Positions 51,801 through 64,000 of a DNA stretch of 64,000 nucleotides are shown one piece after another. Source of the stretch: Chrysomallon squamiferum (lineage: Eukaryota; Animalia; Mollusca); assembly GCA_012295275.1 (NCBI GenBank), contig CM022665.1, positions 7,316,001 to 7,380,000 on the forward strand, in the 5' to 3' direction. The position numbers and the translations under genes were made by a program. Positions within the stretch are counted from its first letter, which is position 1. Each line of letters starts with the position of its first letter. The notes beneath the pieces were generated by a model, which was not told the DNA's origin, did not search any database, and was given only the letters and a program-made list of their open reading frames with translations.

Positions 51801-54800
51801 AATATATAAAATGATCAAAACATATCTGTACATGACTTCATTATGACTTCAGTTCAACCATACCATAAATAAGTCTTTAGCTCCTATGTCCACTGACAGC
51901 AGGAAAGCTTTGTCAAACCGAGCATATCTGGAATGATAAAATAAACAGTATGTATTCAAATATACATATTATTTATTTATTTCTATTTTTATTTTTTATC
52001 AGTAATTTTAATTTTTTTGTTTCTGCATTTATTTAAAGAAGCGATTTTAAAATGATAATACAGCTCATAATAATTTTTCAGCAGACATGCGAACATATAA
52101 AATAAATGTTTATTTAACCTCAGGATTAAAAAAAAAAAAAAATGTTTTTTAATTATTGTTTTTAATAAATAATGAAAGTCCTTTAACATATCCAAAATAT
52201 ATGCTGAAAAGAAATAAGTGAAATATTAAATAGTACCAACCATCTATGAAAAAAAAGAGAAAAAAGTTGATTTTTACTTTTAAAACAGAAACCTAAAACT
52301 GTATTTTTCTAATGTTTTATTAAAACAACAATTATTTGAATTATTGAGTAATTGTTTACAAAGTAACAAAGTGACAGTTGACCTGAGAAGGTAATGGAAA
52401 AATCTTCTGGCAAGACGGCTGATAGGATCTCTGTATTCTAGAATAGTCACCTCTGATATTGGTGGCTTTGGTGCATAAAATGTCCCCAGTGCTGCCTCCA
52501 GCTGGGCTGAAAATGGCATATATGTTCATTAACAAAATTTCCAGATATTTGTTTTCCTTTTTCTATAAAAAAAAATAATCTTAGAATAACCATAATAATT
52601 CTGAAAACACTTCATAGCAAAACTATATAAGATTGAATATGAATTTAATCTATTTAAACTGTAAATTCACTATAGTGTCTAGAGCCTTGAAAACCGTACA
52701 GAAAATAACACTGCTGCTTAAAACATCTTCTACTAGATTTAAATAATTTCTTGAGCATCTCTTCAAAGATAAATTTCAATGTAGCTTTTATTTATTAAAA
52801 TATATTTAACTATACAACTGATATCAAAACAGAATTACTCTCTCGTTCAGCATTTAATGGCATTCTCAGTAAATGGTTGATGATTGTTGACAAACAAGAA
52901 TAGCACATTTGTCCTTCTGTATCCCAGTTCAGACTTGACAACAAACTATTAGCCTGAAAAAGCAATCCCACAAAATCCCATAAATATCGTAAAAAAATAA
53001 CAAGATACAGGTAAATGACTTTAATAATCTAAAATATTTGTTTTCATATTATGTTTGAGAATAAATAATAGAATTATTAATTTGTGTGGTCAATAAGTAT
53101 AGAAGAATTAATGAAGTAAAAATATAATTAATATATATGTGTCTCAAATCTTTAAATATTAACAAAAAATCATAATAACAAAATGAAAAAATGTTATTAT
53201 CAAAAAGGTTTTAATGTAACTTCCTTATTTAAAAAAACATTATTAATGAAATAAAAATAGAGAGTACACACCTCGTCTACCTGCTTGTGTTTGAGATACT
53301 GCCTCACTAGCTGTAATGGACTAAGACTCTCACTTCCCATCAAGCCAAGGTGGAATAACATAAGTACAGGGGGTCCCCTTTAAAACAGTGTTTAATAATA
53401 AATTATAATCATACATAATCAATTTATAAAATTCAGAAATGCATGTTTGAGTTGTGTGAGTGTAATAATATACTGAATATGAAAAAAGAAAAAAATGTAA
53501 CTTACTTATCAAACAAAAGAAACACAGAGTCTGAATGACTTGTCAAACTGCCTGTTTCATGTGGACACCAACACAGCTGTTTCAGAAACATCTGACTTCT
53601 AGAAAAGTATCATCTCATATTTAGTTAAAAACTCCATTTCATTTAAAACTGAACTCAGTTTTTGATATCTAGATTTAATCAAAGAAGATCACACCAACTG
53701 TTTTTCAAGCACCTTGTAAAATTTTACAAAGTGTAGAAGAAAGCATGTAATATGTAACATGCAGTAATGTTTATTAAACATTAATTTTGTTTCACAATGT
53801 TTAGCTATTTATGTGAAATAATGACTAACAGAACAGTCTCCTCTATGAAATATATATGTAAAACATGACATGAAACACAATTAAAGCTGTAGTATGTCTG
53901 GAAAAAATATTCACTGTTAATGATATCTAAATTTTAAAACTGATCTAAAAGAATAAATCTAGAAGTCTGTTCAGGTACATTAATTTTAAATACTAGACAC
54001 AGTGCTCCAGTTGACACATTATTCAAACAGGTTAAGTGAATGATCTGATGCTTGGTATGTATTATAATGAGTTCTATGACAGTTCATACTGACAACAATT
54101 TTACCTGAAAAATCTTCCAAGAGGTAGAAATTTTTCTGAACTTGGATCTTCACAAACAAGTTGTATTCTCAAAGGTGTAAGTGCATTATCAAATATCTAA
54201 GTAAGAAAATACACATACTGGTTATTTTCGTTGAAACTAAAAATAGTAATAATAATAAATGCAGAAATATAGCTGACAGTACATTAATTAAAAATATAAT
54301 AATCAATTAATAGTAAATCCAGATATAAAAATGTACTTAAAACTGTATCTTTACTCTAAAACCATTCTTAATTAAAAATTGTTTTCTGCTTCATTACATT
54401 CACATGGATTTCATGCTATATTTTATTTTCAATTTTGTACACAAACAGTTCTTTGATACTGTTTTGACATCAATTAACTACAACAGTACTGACCTGAATG
54501 TCACCTCTTGAACTGGCAACAAACACCACACTGCCACCTCTAGAGTGCCAGGATATGATGGATGGAGCCTGACAATAACAAGTAAGAAATTCATTTAAAT
54601 GAAGTAGCAAATACATTAGAGGAATTCTTTAAATTATTTCTTTATTAACATACACTGTTAATAGTTATAATACATCATTTAAGTGAATATATATAATATA
54701 TAATTATTAATATAATTCTTCTGTATTCAAATGTTATCTAAAACTTACAAATGCAGCTCTTGTATATTGAGGAACCTTTTTGTATTCATCATGCATAACC

Positions 54801-57800
54801 TGAAAAGAAGAATAAATGATTACTAAAAAAAAAAGTATTCTCACCATCCCTTGATAGTTACTGCATACATTTTGTGTACTCTTGGTTAAAAAATGCTTGA
54901 AAATAGCTGGCAATTAATAACCAGCTCAATTTATAACTGCCTATTTCACAAAAACAGAACTACATATGTAGTTAATCACATAACACTATAGTAAGAATGG
55001 AAAGTGCATTCTGGCAGTTTGAAAGATAATTTTATTTACTTACCAAAGTCATGTTACTGCAACCAAGCAAGAGTTTTTCTTCAGTAGGATTTCTGCACTG
55101 ACATACCACAGTGCCTGAAATACATGATTTGTGTGTAAATGTTTGTTAGTGAATAGATCTTAAGACATAAATTCAAGTTAAAGAGCACTTTATTATCAAA
55201 AACTGCCAAATACTCTTAAACTTCAGTAAGAAATAAAACCAATGTGAAAACATCACCAGTTTTAGCTCTTGAAGACATATTAACACTTTAAGTGCAAAAC
55301 AAAACTGTGTTGTTAACATGTGTCCTTATCTGCTAAGGAAAATTCATTGAAAAGTTATTTACAGTTAAAAAGTATTATTATCATCTGGTACTGAAATCAA
55401 ACAAATTTCTGTACCAGAAAATACTGAAAAAGAAAATGCAGTGTCAAAAAGATTAATTTATATATAACTGACATTGAACAACAGTGCAAGTCACCAATAT
55501 GACAAAACCTTTCCTTTTAACTTATTATTATTCATCAGATATTAATACCATAAAATATTGTTCTGAATTTTGAAGATATTTGCTAATATATTAAATAGTA
55601 GATATAATGTAAGAGTGAAACATTTACATACTTTTTAGAGGAATATTTGTCACTGCTACTCTCTGTATCTGAAAAACAAAACATTTTTAGTTTTTAGTGT
55701 GAAATTATTCTCAAGTATTTTTTAATATTTAAAGAAACATTTAATTCAAAAATAGGAACATATAGATTTCAAATTTAAAAGCATATTTTGTTTTCTAATT
55801 ATTTTATTTTTTTATCATATGTGTAATTATTACAGCTGACTGACTGCTGAAAACATTGCAGTTTTTAGTTATTATTTTGATATCTATAAATTTTAAGCCA
55901 CACTTCCATTCTTAACAATGTTTAGCTACCTTTCTACTGATAAAAAGACTGTTTAGTGACTAAGTTTGTCCTAGGAATTTCAGAAGAACTTAATGAAGCA
56001 TTATTATCATTTAAACAGAACTTGGTGGAACATATAGAGACTTTAATATGGTAAATTAAAAGAAAAATGAAAATCAACAAAAAAATTAAATTTAAAAAGG
56101 ATTTTAATCATAATTAAAAGAAACCATTTTTTTTTTCAATACAAAACAAAATGCACCAGTAGTGATCAACATATGGAAATGTCACAAAAAATAATTATTA
56201 TATATACAATTCTGCAAAAAAGTTTAATGTAGACAATTCTATAAAAATAGAAACATTTATTTACAAACCTTCCCTCGTACAACTTCATAAATGCATGCCT
56301 GTGCTGTAGTGTTATTCTTTACTGTTGTTGTCTGCTCCAGAGTGTAGATTTTATGAGGCTGAATGGTACTGAAAACAAAAATAATCGTTGTTAGGAAAGA
56401 TCCAATCAATTTGGTGCTTTGTTATTTTCTTTAAAAAATGTCCTAAGTCATGATGATATATATATATATGCAGATATATACAACATGGTATTTCTCTGAA
56501 AAACAAATATAGTCAAAATATTTTTAAAACATTAATTTCTCCAATACACTTAAACGTCTTTTTGCTCTACACTCTTAGAAAAAACAAAAGAAATTTTTTA
56601 TTTTGCACCTTTTACTTAAAAAAAAAAAATAAAATAAAAAGACCTATGATGCTGTAATATGCATGCAATTATATATTTATACACTTAGGTTTACCTGAAA
56701 GCAGCATGCAAGGGAGCTAAATCTGTCTTCGTGTAAGTCAAAACATCAATCACTGGGCTGAAATAAATAGTAAGTTGTAAAAGTTATACAAATTTTAAAT
56801 TATATGTGAGAATGACATAAGGTAATTGCATATTAAAATAAAGTCTGTTTTTTTTTTTAATTTTTAGTTATTTTGTTTCACTCTGTATTCAGGTCTTATT
56901 ATTTCTCATTTCTTTTCAACTTGCTATTTCTATCTTGATAATTTGTTGGGTTTTTTTTATGTTGGTTTTTAGCTCACCTACTTTTTATAATTATAATTTC
57001 ACAATTACAACAGATTGCAAATATATAACTATTTTGTATAATTACAATTTCACAATATCAAAAAATAGCAAATATCTTGAATTTTACCCAGTGACAGACA
57101 ACACAATCATGTTTGCTCTTTCCTTCTCTGAGGACAGAGGGGTCCATGGCCATGGTTCTTCACATGACTGATGCCACCAAATCAAAATCTGGAAAACAAA
57201 GTAATAAATGAATAAATATTTATATACATATATTTCGATACATTTCATGATTAAAATGATTAGATTTATAAACAATATAGTTTTAATATAATAAAGGCAA
57301 AAATGAAACCACTGACTGATGACTATAAAAGAAATTATTTAATTTGGATTGTTTTATTAATTTGACTTTGTGTAGTTTTCATTTTGATGCAGGTAATAAA
57401 ACTGATACATATATTTGCTTCTAACGGTGAGCTAGAGAATTTAAAATTTTTTTTTTTTTAATAATAAGAAAAATAGGTTTCTGTTTGTAGTTTACCAAAT
57501 CACGATGCACATTACTGGACAACCGTCTTTCCAATCTTCTCCCTTTAGGACCAGGAATGTCAAACTGAACAATCTGTGAGCAATAAAAACAGAATATCCT
57601 GAGTAACACAGTGTCTAAAAGAAGTACTTGAAAGAAAACTTTCAGACATGTTTCTTCAAACTTTGAAAAGTGACATTTCAAACAAGGTATATTCTACAGT
57701 ATATTTAAAGATAGAAAACTTAATTTGTTATCATATATTATGAATAAAATGAGTAAAAGGATTTTTTTTTTTTTGCTTTTGTTTTTTTTCCTTTTTATGT

Positions 57801-60800
57801 GAAAGGGCTGACAGACACATTTTCACATGAAAAAAGAAATGTCATATGTTGTATATATAATATCAACTACCAATTTTATTATTTGTTAATGTACATGCAT
57901 GAACATTTTTATATGTTCCCCTTTAATAAATTCAAATTAGAATAAACAAAGTGTCTGTCAAAGTCAGTTACATTTGATTAAACAAGCTATCTACCACTGT
58001 ACTTTAATTACGTAACAAGAGCTGAGACATTTCACTGTGTATGATATGTCAAATATTAAACAGCTCATACTTTAGGTTCCCAAGATGCAAGTTTGTCTGT
58101 TCTTCTGGCAGCCTCTGACAGAGCTGGTCTCTTGGTGAAATAGAAGTAGTCTAACTTACAGCTGTCGTTATGACATGCAATCATGTACTGGTCAGTAAGA
58201 TAAACTGAAATAAAACAAAATACAATATATATTTTTAATTTATTACAGTTTGACAGTCGTTGCTATTTTAAACAAACCATTAAATAATTTTGAATGTCTA
58301 TAAGTAATGTGCACATATACAAGGATTTCTACAGTATTTAAATTACAATCATAATATATTAAAACAATTTTTCAAAATAATAATTATATAGGAAAATGAT
58401 TTTCTTATTCAAAAACCAAAAATTATATTTCTATTATTTTAATATTTTGTTCATAATATTTATAATGCATTATATAAAACGACTTTCAAGAAAAAAAAGA
58501 AAAAAAAACATTACAATTCACTGTATTATAAACAGTTTCTGAATTAGTTTCATTCACAAATATACTTAAGCCAAGTTAAGGTTAAAAAGACTCATAATGT
58601 TTTTGCTATCATAGGTCAGAATAAAATAATATTACCATCAGATACTGTTTCTGCAGCAATTTTTCCAACTAATGATTTATCGAGAATTATCTTTTGGATA
58701 TCTCCTGAACATGTAGACAGTATGAAAGTCACTACACAGCAATTGCTCAACACCAACTGAAAAGAGAATTGTAAAATTAATATACGTAACATAAATAATT
58801 ATACTTTCTATTTTTCAACAAGATATTGTTACTTTAGTGCACTTAAAATAAAATGCGGATTTAAATCTGTTATTAAGCAATGTTTTAATTTTCTTTACAT
58901 TTTTAAAAATAACTAAATGATACACTAAAATTTCTGGACTAGAGAAACTGAAAAAAAAAACAGCCAATGAATGACTTGACCTTGAAAACACAGTTACAAC
59001 TAGGATCAGGGAAATCTGCGTAGATGAATGTATTCTGTCTATGACAATTTCATGTCACTTGCAAGTGTGTCTGCAGCAGCACAAAGGTGGTAATTTGGAA
59101 TACTTTTTAGAGAAAACATAAAATGGCCCATTTGACCAACAGACAAGAAACTTTGTGAAATGAATTCACTAAACACATGTAGAAATTATTAACATACTTC
59201 TGTAGCCACCTTGTATTTGCAGGAGGCAGATTCAAACAACACAGAATGTTTCAAATAAACATACCTGTAAAACCAGTCCACTTCTCCAGTACACTTGAAC
59301 ACATTTGTATTGACTCATTAACTCCTAAAATAAACAAGATTCAGAATAAACAAAATAAACAGAAATAAAGCGTTTCATTAATACGTCTTCATTTCTACAT
59401 GTGAATCTGAATCACTGTGTTAAAAAAGTACAACAAGATCTGAATTATGAAAATTCTTTTGAATTATTATGGAAATTTCCACAAGTTAATGATATTTTAC
59501 ATAAAATCATGGCAGTGTATATGTTTGGTTGTACCAAAATATTTGATAAATATACCTGGAAAACTCTGAGGTGATTATGTATAAAAAAAATTAATGTTTG
59601 CTAACAATAAAGTTTAATATAGTTATAAATGCACAGATAGAAAAGATAAATGTTTGTCCTTGATTGTCTGGCTTGTTATATTATTGTCAATTTATTATTA
59701 TTTTGTGTTTTATTTTACTTATTTTACATTTTTTAAAATTAAATCAATTTTTTTCAGACTGGACTTCATGTAAGATAGAAAAAATAGAAGAATTTCTTGG
59801 TATTATTCACATCACAACTAGTGTATTTAATGGTATATAAAACCTTAAATAAATGTTTATGATTAAATTACCTCAACTTCCTTCAGTGTATCACGCAATT
59901 TCTCAGGACGTTTATTTCTTGGTGACCAAATCATATCACGTGCTGTAAACATTTAAACATTTAAAATAAATAATGTACAGTCAAACTATCTATAAAGTGA
60001 CCACCCTGAGCACCTACCCACAATGCATTTCTTTCTTTATCTTATCTCTAATGAATGGCAATCTGTCCATTTTTCAACAAAAATAAAATCTGAACTTGCA
60101 TTAGCAATCAAAATATTATTTCTCCACCCCAAAAATGTCACATTCTTCCAACTATATAACTGTACAGCAGCTTAGTTTCCCCTAAATCTCACTGTTAAAC
60201 ATGTCACTTGAATAATAAATTCCAATTAAACAAAAGTAAATATCAGTCCTGTTTTACTTATTAATTAACCAACTTTGAAACAAAATGCCACTGAGAAATA
60301 ATTCTGTCTTAACTTTAGAACAAGTAAAAGTTATCAGGAAATCAAAAAAAGATCATTTATGTGCTAGAAAGATAGCAAAGCAATTTGGTGGAGCTTGTAG
60401 GCAAACAGATTTCTAGCAGACTTTGAAAATAACATGCCAAGAGCAAGAAAATGACAGAAGGCAGCCACTGGCAATGAGGCGAGCAATATTTTTATTTGGC
60501 AATAGTTCCAAGATGTGACATCATGGTGAATAAACCTCAAGAGACTGCTTTATTAAGGAAAAAGCATTCACATTTGTCAACAAATTTGATGTACAGACAT
60601 CAAATAACTGGCTGGATGCATTCAACAATAAACAATTTTACATGTACAGTGAGTGGTAAACATGGTGATGTCAAAATACTATGGTAGATGACTTCATCAC
60701 AATGATACTGACCATCTGGAAGGAATATGCATCACAAGACGCCTTCAACAGGAAAGTGTTGCTATTTCATGATAATGGTCAATCACACCCAATAATCCAA

Positions 60801-62549
60801 CTTGACAATATGAAATTTGCTTTCTTGTCACAAAATACAACATCCAAGTCCCTGAATCACAGCATCATCCAGACATCATGGAACTCAAGAACCACAAGAA
60901 ACAATTCCAGCAAATTATTTTAGCAATGGAGCAAGATAAAAGCAGGTATAGATCCCAAATGTTAAAAGATATCAACATCCTCCATGTGGTTTACTGGATC
61001 AGCAAAGCATGTAAGGATGTTGAAACAGGCATGATCAAAAAGTTGTTCAAAAGATGTGGTTTTCAAGATGTTTTTCCAAAATCCATGGAAGATGGCAATG
61101 ATGGCAACAATGACCATGACAGTGATAACGATTCTGTACCTCTTTCCATCTCAGTGAAGTCAAAGTAACTTTTTGGTCAGTCAGTTAGTTGAAAACATGC
61201 AGTGAGGCCGTCATTGACTGGAGTAAACCTGCTTGATGTTGCTGTTGGTTTTGAAGAATGTGTGGCCTCTATGCATGTTTCTTATTGCAACATGCAACTG
61301 AAAATCAGTGACTTTTATCAAAACTAAACAGCTGTGAAAAAATGTAATGGTGATGAAACTGTGCTAAACCTGTGTCTCAAAATTATTGATTTGTGAAATT
61401 TAATGATATTAATAATAATATGAAAATGCTTAATTCTGCAACAAATGTCTTCCAAACTAGACTCAAAATCTGAACATCTGTGAAATTATTTACTTGATTA
61501 TAAAATAGAAATTGCATGGCAAATATTCTCTAACAGGACAGATTGTCAAAACAAATCTTTACAGACTACAATAATTAATACATGTAATAAATTTAGAACC
61601 TATAATATATAAAAATTATAGGATGTAATGATTTAAATTGAAACAAATCTTCAGTTAAGTTATAATTTAAATTAAAAAATATATAGAAAGTCATTTTAAA
61701 TCATTAAGATTTAAAAAATCTCCTAAGAAGATAATACCTACCTTCTGTAAATTGTTTTTTCTCTTCATAATATATTTGTTCTTGAATGTTCACTAATAAA
61801 TAAATAAATAAATAAATGTAAGACAATTTTTGTTTCTGCTTACTGAAAATTTCATAAACCTCTAAATATTTCAGTTTTTTCAAATCAAAATTAAAATCAG
61901 GTCATAACCCTAACATCAACATTTTCAAAACAAATTTGTGAAATTAAATCATATATCAGTGGTAGTTTTTTAGGGATATGAGAGAAGGCAGCACTACAAT
62001 CAGTATGAAACATACTATGGGGGGGGAAATTAAAATCAAACCCCCTAAAAACTGTAAATTATAAGGATTATGCTTTAACATGGCAATATAAGCACTGAAT
62101 ATCCAATACATTCTAAAAACATTTGTCCTGAAGATATCTGGTGAGTAGACCTATAAACAGGTTTACAATGTATTGCCTATTTATGTGTTTTAATATATAA
62201 GAAATGATTTCATTATGACATCAACATATATTTACCTTGTTCTCCTTTATCATGGTAGACATGACAGCCTATAGTGTCATCTACAATATTAACAGTATAG
62301 TTTTATTTATTTATTTTATAAACAACAATGCATCTTGTTTTGTTTTTTATAAACATTATAAATTAAAAAAATTTAAAGTCATTAACTGGAAGGAAAAAGG
62401 GAGTGAAAAGACGAAAAGAAAACAAGGACTGAATACATTTTAATATGCATTTTTTGTATCATAAAACATAAAATGAAAATGAACATACCTGGTATAAAAT
62501 ACTGATTTTTTAGTGACCAGATGAACACTTCACACAGACAGGTAACCAT
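48816..62549 (-). CDS. WDPCP: WD repeat-containing and planar cell polarity effector protein Fritz (CPLANE subunit)
   Basis: Exons 62489-62549 MVTCLCEVFIWSLKN; 62236-62280 DTIGCHVYHDK; 61742-61792; 59872-59942 ARDMIWSPRNKRPEKLRDTLKEVE; 59265-59324; 58636-58756 IILDKSLVGKI; 58070-58204; 57496-57573 GRRLERRLS; 57088-57188 PWPWTPLSSEKERAN; further small exons; ~52383-52562 LEAALGTFYAP..EYRDPISRLARRFFHYLLR; 51594-51684 DIHYMALDKGE; final exon 48816-48869 KPVKVIHFGIV*. All match conserved WDPCP segments. Confidence 0.93.
50021..50594. mobile_element. Old MITE-like element (inverted-repeat pair) in a WDPCP intron
   Basis: 50021-50054 CATATATGAAGAACTGCACATAAGAACCCAGAAA matches the reverse complement of 50561-50594 at 30/34 positions. 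No clear TSD. Confidence 0.5.
59978..61300 (+). mobile_element. Decayed Tigger/pogo (Tc1-mariner superfamily) transposon in a WDPCP intron, antisense to the host gene
   Basis: TA|CAGTCAAAC...GACCACC left end at 59978. HTH-like start MPLRNNSVLTLEQVKVI..ARKIAKQFG at ~60285. DDE_1-like RKVLLFHDNGQSHP..LDNMKFAFLSQNTTS..LNHSIIQ and INILHVVYWISKACKDV..IKKLFKRCGF. Multiple frameshifts and deletions; right end not identified. Confidence 0.85.
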
Positions 62550-62659
62550 TGGGCAGTTTTAGTTTACTTTACACCTGATGAAGAAAGTATGTAATGTATG
62601 GGGAAAAAAAAATAATAATAAAATAAAATAAATAATAATAAAAAATAAAAAAAAAAAAA

Positions 62660-62716
<57 letters not shown>

Positions 62717-62820
62717 TAAACTAACAAAATAAATAAGAATAAAATATTATTCTTATTTATTTATTTAGTTTATTTATTTATTCCCCAGTGTTAAATTTTG
62801 ATGAAGTTACTCACATTACT

Positions 62821-62833
62821 GTCACCATGCAAC
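62821..62833 (-). promoter_or_regulatory. Candidate RFX X-box in the probable non-coding first exon of WDPCP
   Basis: The minus strand reads GTTGCATGGTGAC, a few bases before a GTGAGT donor (exon end 62815), at the edge of a CpG-retaining region. RFX control of ciliary genes is established. Confidence 0.45.
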
Positions 62834-64000
62834 TTAGAAGTATTTATCTGTTTTTCGATTTGCCGTATTAACTATTATCTTTCCTTTATCAATAAAACAA
62901 CAACAGTTAATCAGGTTCATGTGTCCTCAAGCTAATTACACATAAAAAACCAAACAAAAACCCCACAAATGTACACGAGTTAACAAATAGCCCGATCTTT
63001 GGTTATTTTTGCAGTACTATGAACACTACGATTCATATGATGCCTTGAAGGATCATCATGATCATCTTTAAATAGTATTTCCATGTAAAGTATCATAGTA
63101 TGGGTCTAAATATTAGAAATATAATATGCTCATGGAATTAATAATTCTTTTTAAAAAAAAAAGTATGGTATATTATACTTACAACACTCTCTTAGAAAAA
63201 ATTTTGTTCGTGACATTATTGGTATTGTTTTGGTTTTTTATTTTTTATATATTTTTTTTGTATTTTGAATACCGGTGTCAGTGGACTTTTTGTTGCACAC
63301 GAAAATATGTTCTCTTATTAATACATATTATATTATGTTTAAAATGACACTAAGAAACAACTACTGAAGAGAAGTCAAACACAGTTTCTATATTTCATCA
63401 AAATGACTTTTTATTTTATATCAGATGTGTGCATACACACTACTATGTGCCAGCAGATTTTGCTCATACCAAGACAAAAATATGCCGACACATTTCTTTA
63501 GCATTAACTATTGTGCGCATGCGTAAACGTATTCTGAAACTATTACTGGTTTTCATCAAAATAAATTTCATATTCGCATCCACACCATTGTTTTATATGT
63601 GCATTTTAAGAAGGTTTAGTAAAGTGCTCCGTATTAGGATTACTTTAGAATAAATAATGTAATACATCCTCATTTTCTGGAAACTTAATAACCAAGAAAA
63701 ACGTACACAGTTTAACACGCACATACGATTAGATTTAATTACTTCCACCACAGGTATATTTATTAGTTTAATGCCATTATTAGTGGATTGCACGTTTATT
63801 TCTGTGAATGCTTATCATTTGCTGCAAATATAAACAGATTTAAAAACAAAATAAATGTAAAAGATATTGTTATTGTAAATAAATAAATAAATAAAAAAAA
63901 TAATAATAATAATGTCAGTTTCTGTTCTATCAGGATTTAGTCGTGTTTTATGGCCTATAGTAGAAATTATCAGCTGTTTTCTGAACGGAACGCCAGTCAA

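Noticed and set aside
62138-62172. Possible right TIR of the Tigger element (..CTATAAACAGGTTTACAATGTA)
   Set aside because: Weak match, and a conserved WDPCP exon (61742-61792) lies between it and the element.
63514-63525. NRF1-like site TGCGCATGCGTA (similar at ~19148)
   Set aside because: Imperfect match, and such purine-pyrimidine alternations arise easily in this microsatellite-rich sequence.

Overview
AT-rich, intron-rich animal genomic DNA full of (AAT)n, (CT)n, (CA)n and (AT)n microsatellites. It is probably an invertebrate, and a lophotrochozoan or mollusc origin is inference only. Most ORFs in the track are microsatellite artefacts or exon fragments. By manual splicing I reconstruct: (1) the 3' part of a DTHD1-like ZU5/UPA/tandem death-domain gene (+, 166-8513); (2) three copies of an unnamed ~110-aa domain with a predicted RRM/ferredoxin-like beta-alpha-beta-beta-alpha-beta pattern, each in a terminal exon, two on - (9531-10016, 11230-13039) and one on + (19690-23514); (3) a complete 21-coding-exon CPT1 gene (-, 27329-41366) with two 66-nt candidate mutually exclusive exons that switch the catalytic HSW-A-D motif to HSW-G-D; (4) a complete WDPCP/Fritz gene (-, 48816-62549). 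Decayed Gypsy and Tigger elements and two MITE-like elements are also present. The most interesting items are the CPT1 active-site exon switch and the unnamed domain family with its possible alternative last exon.
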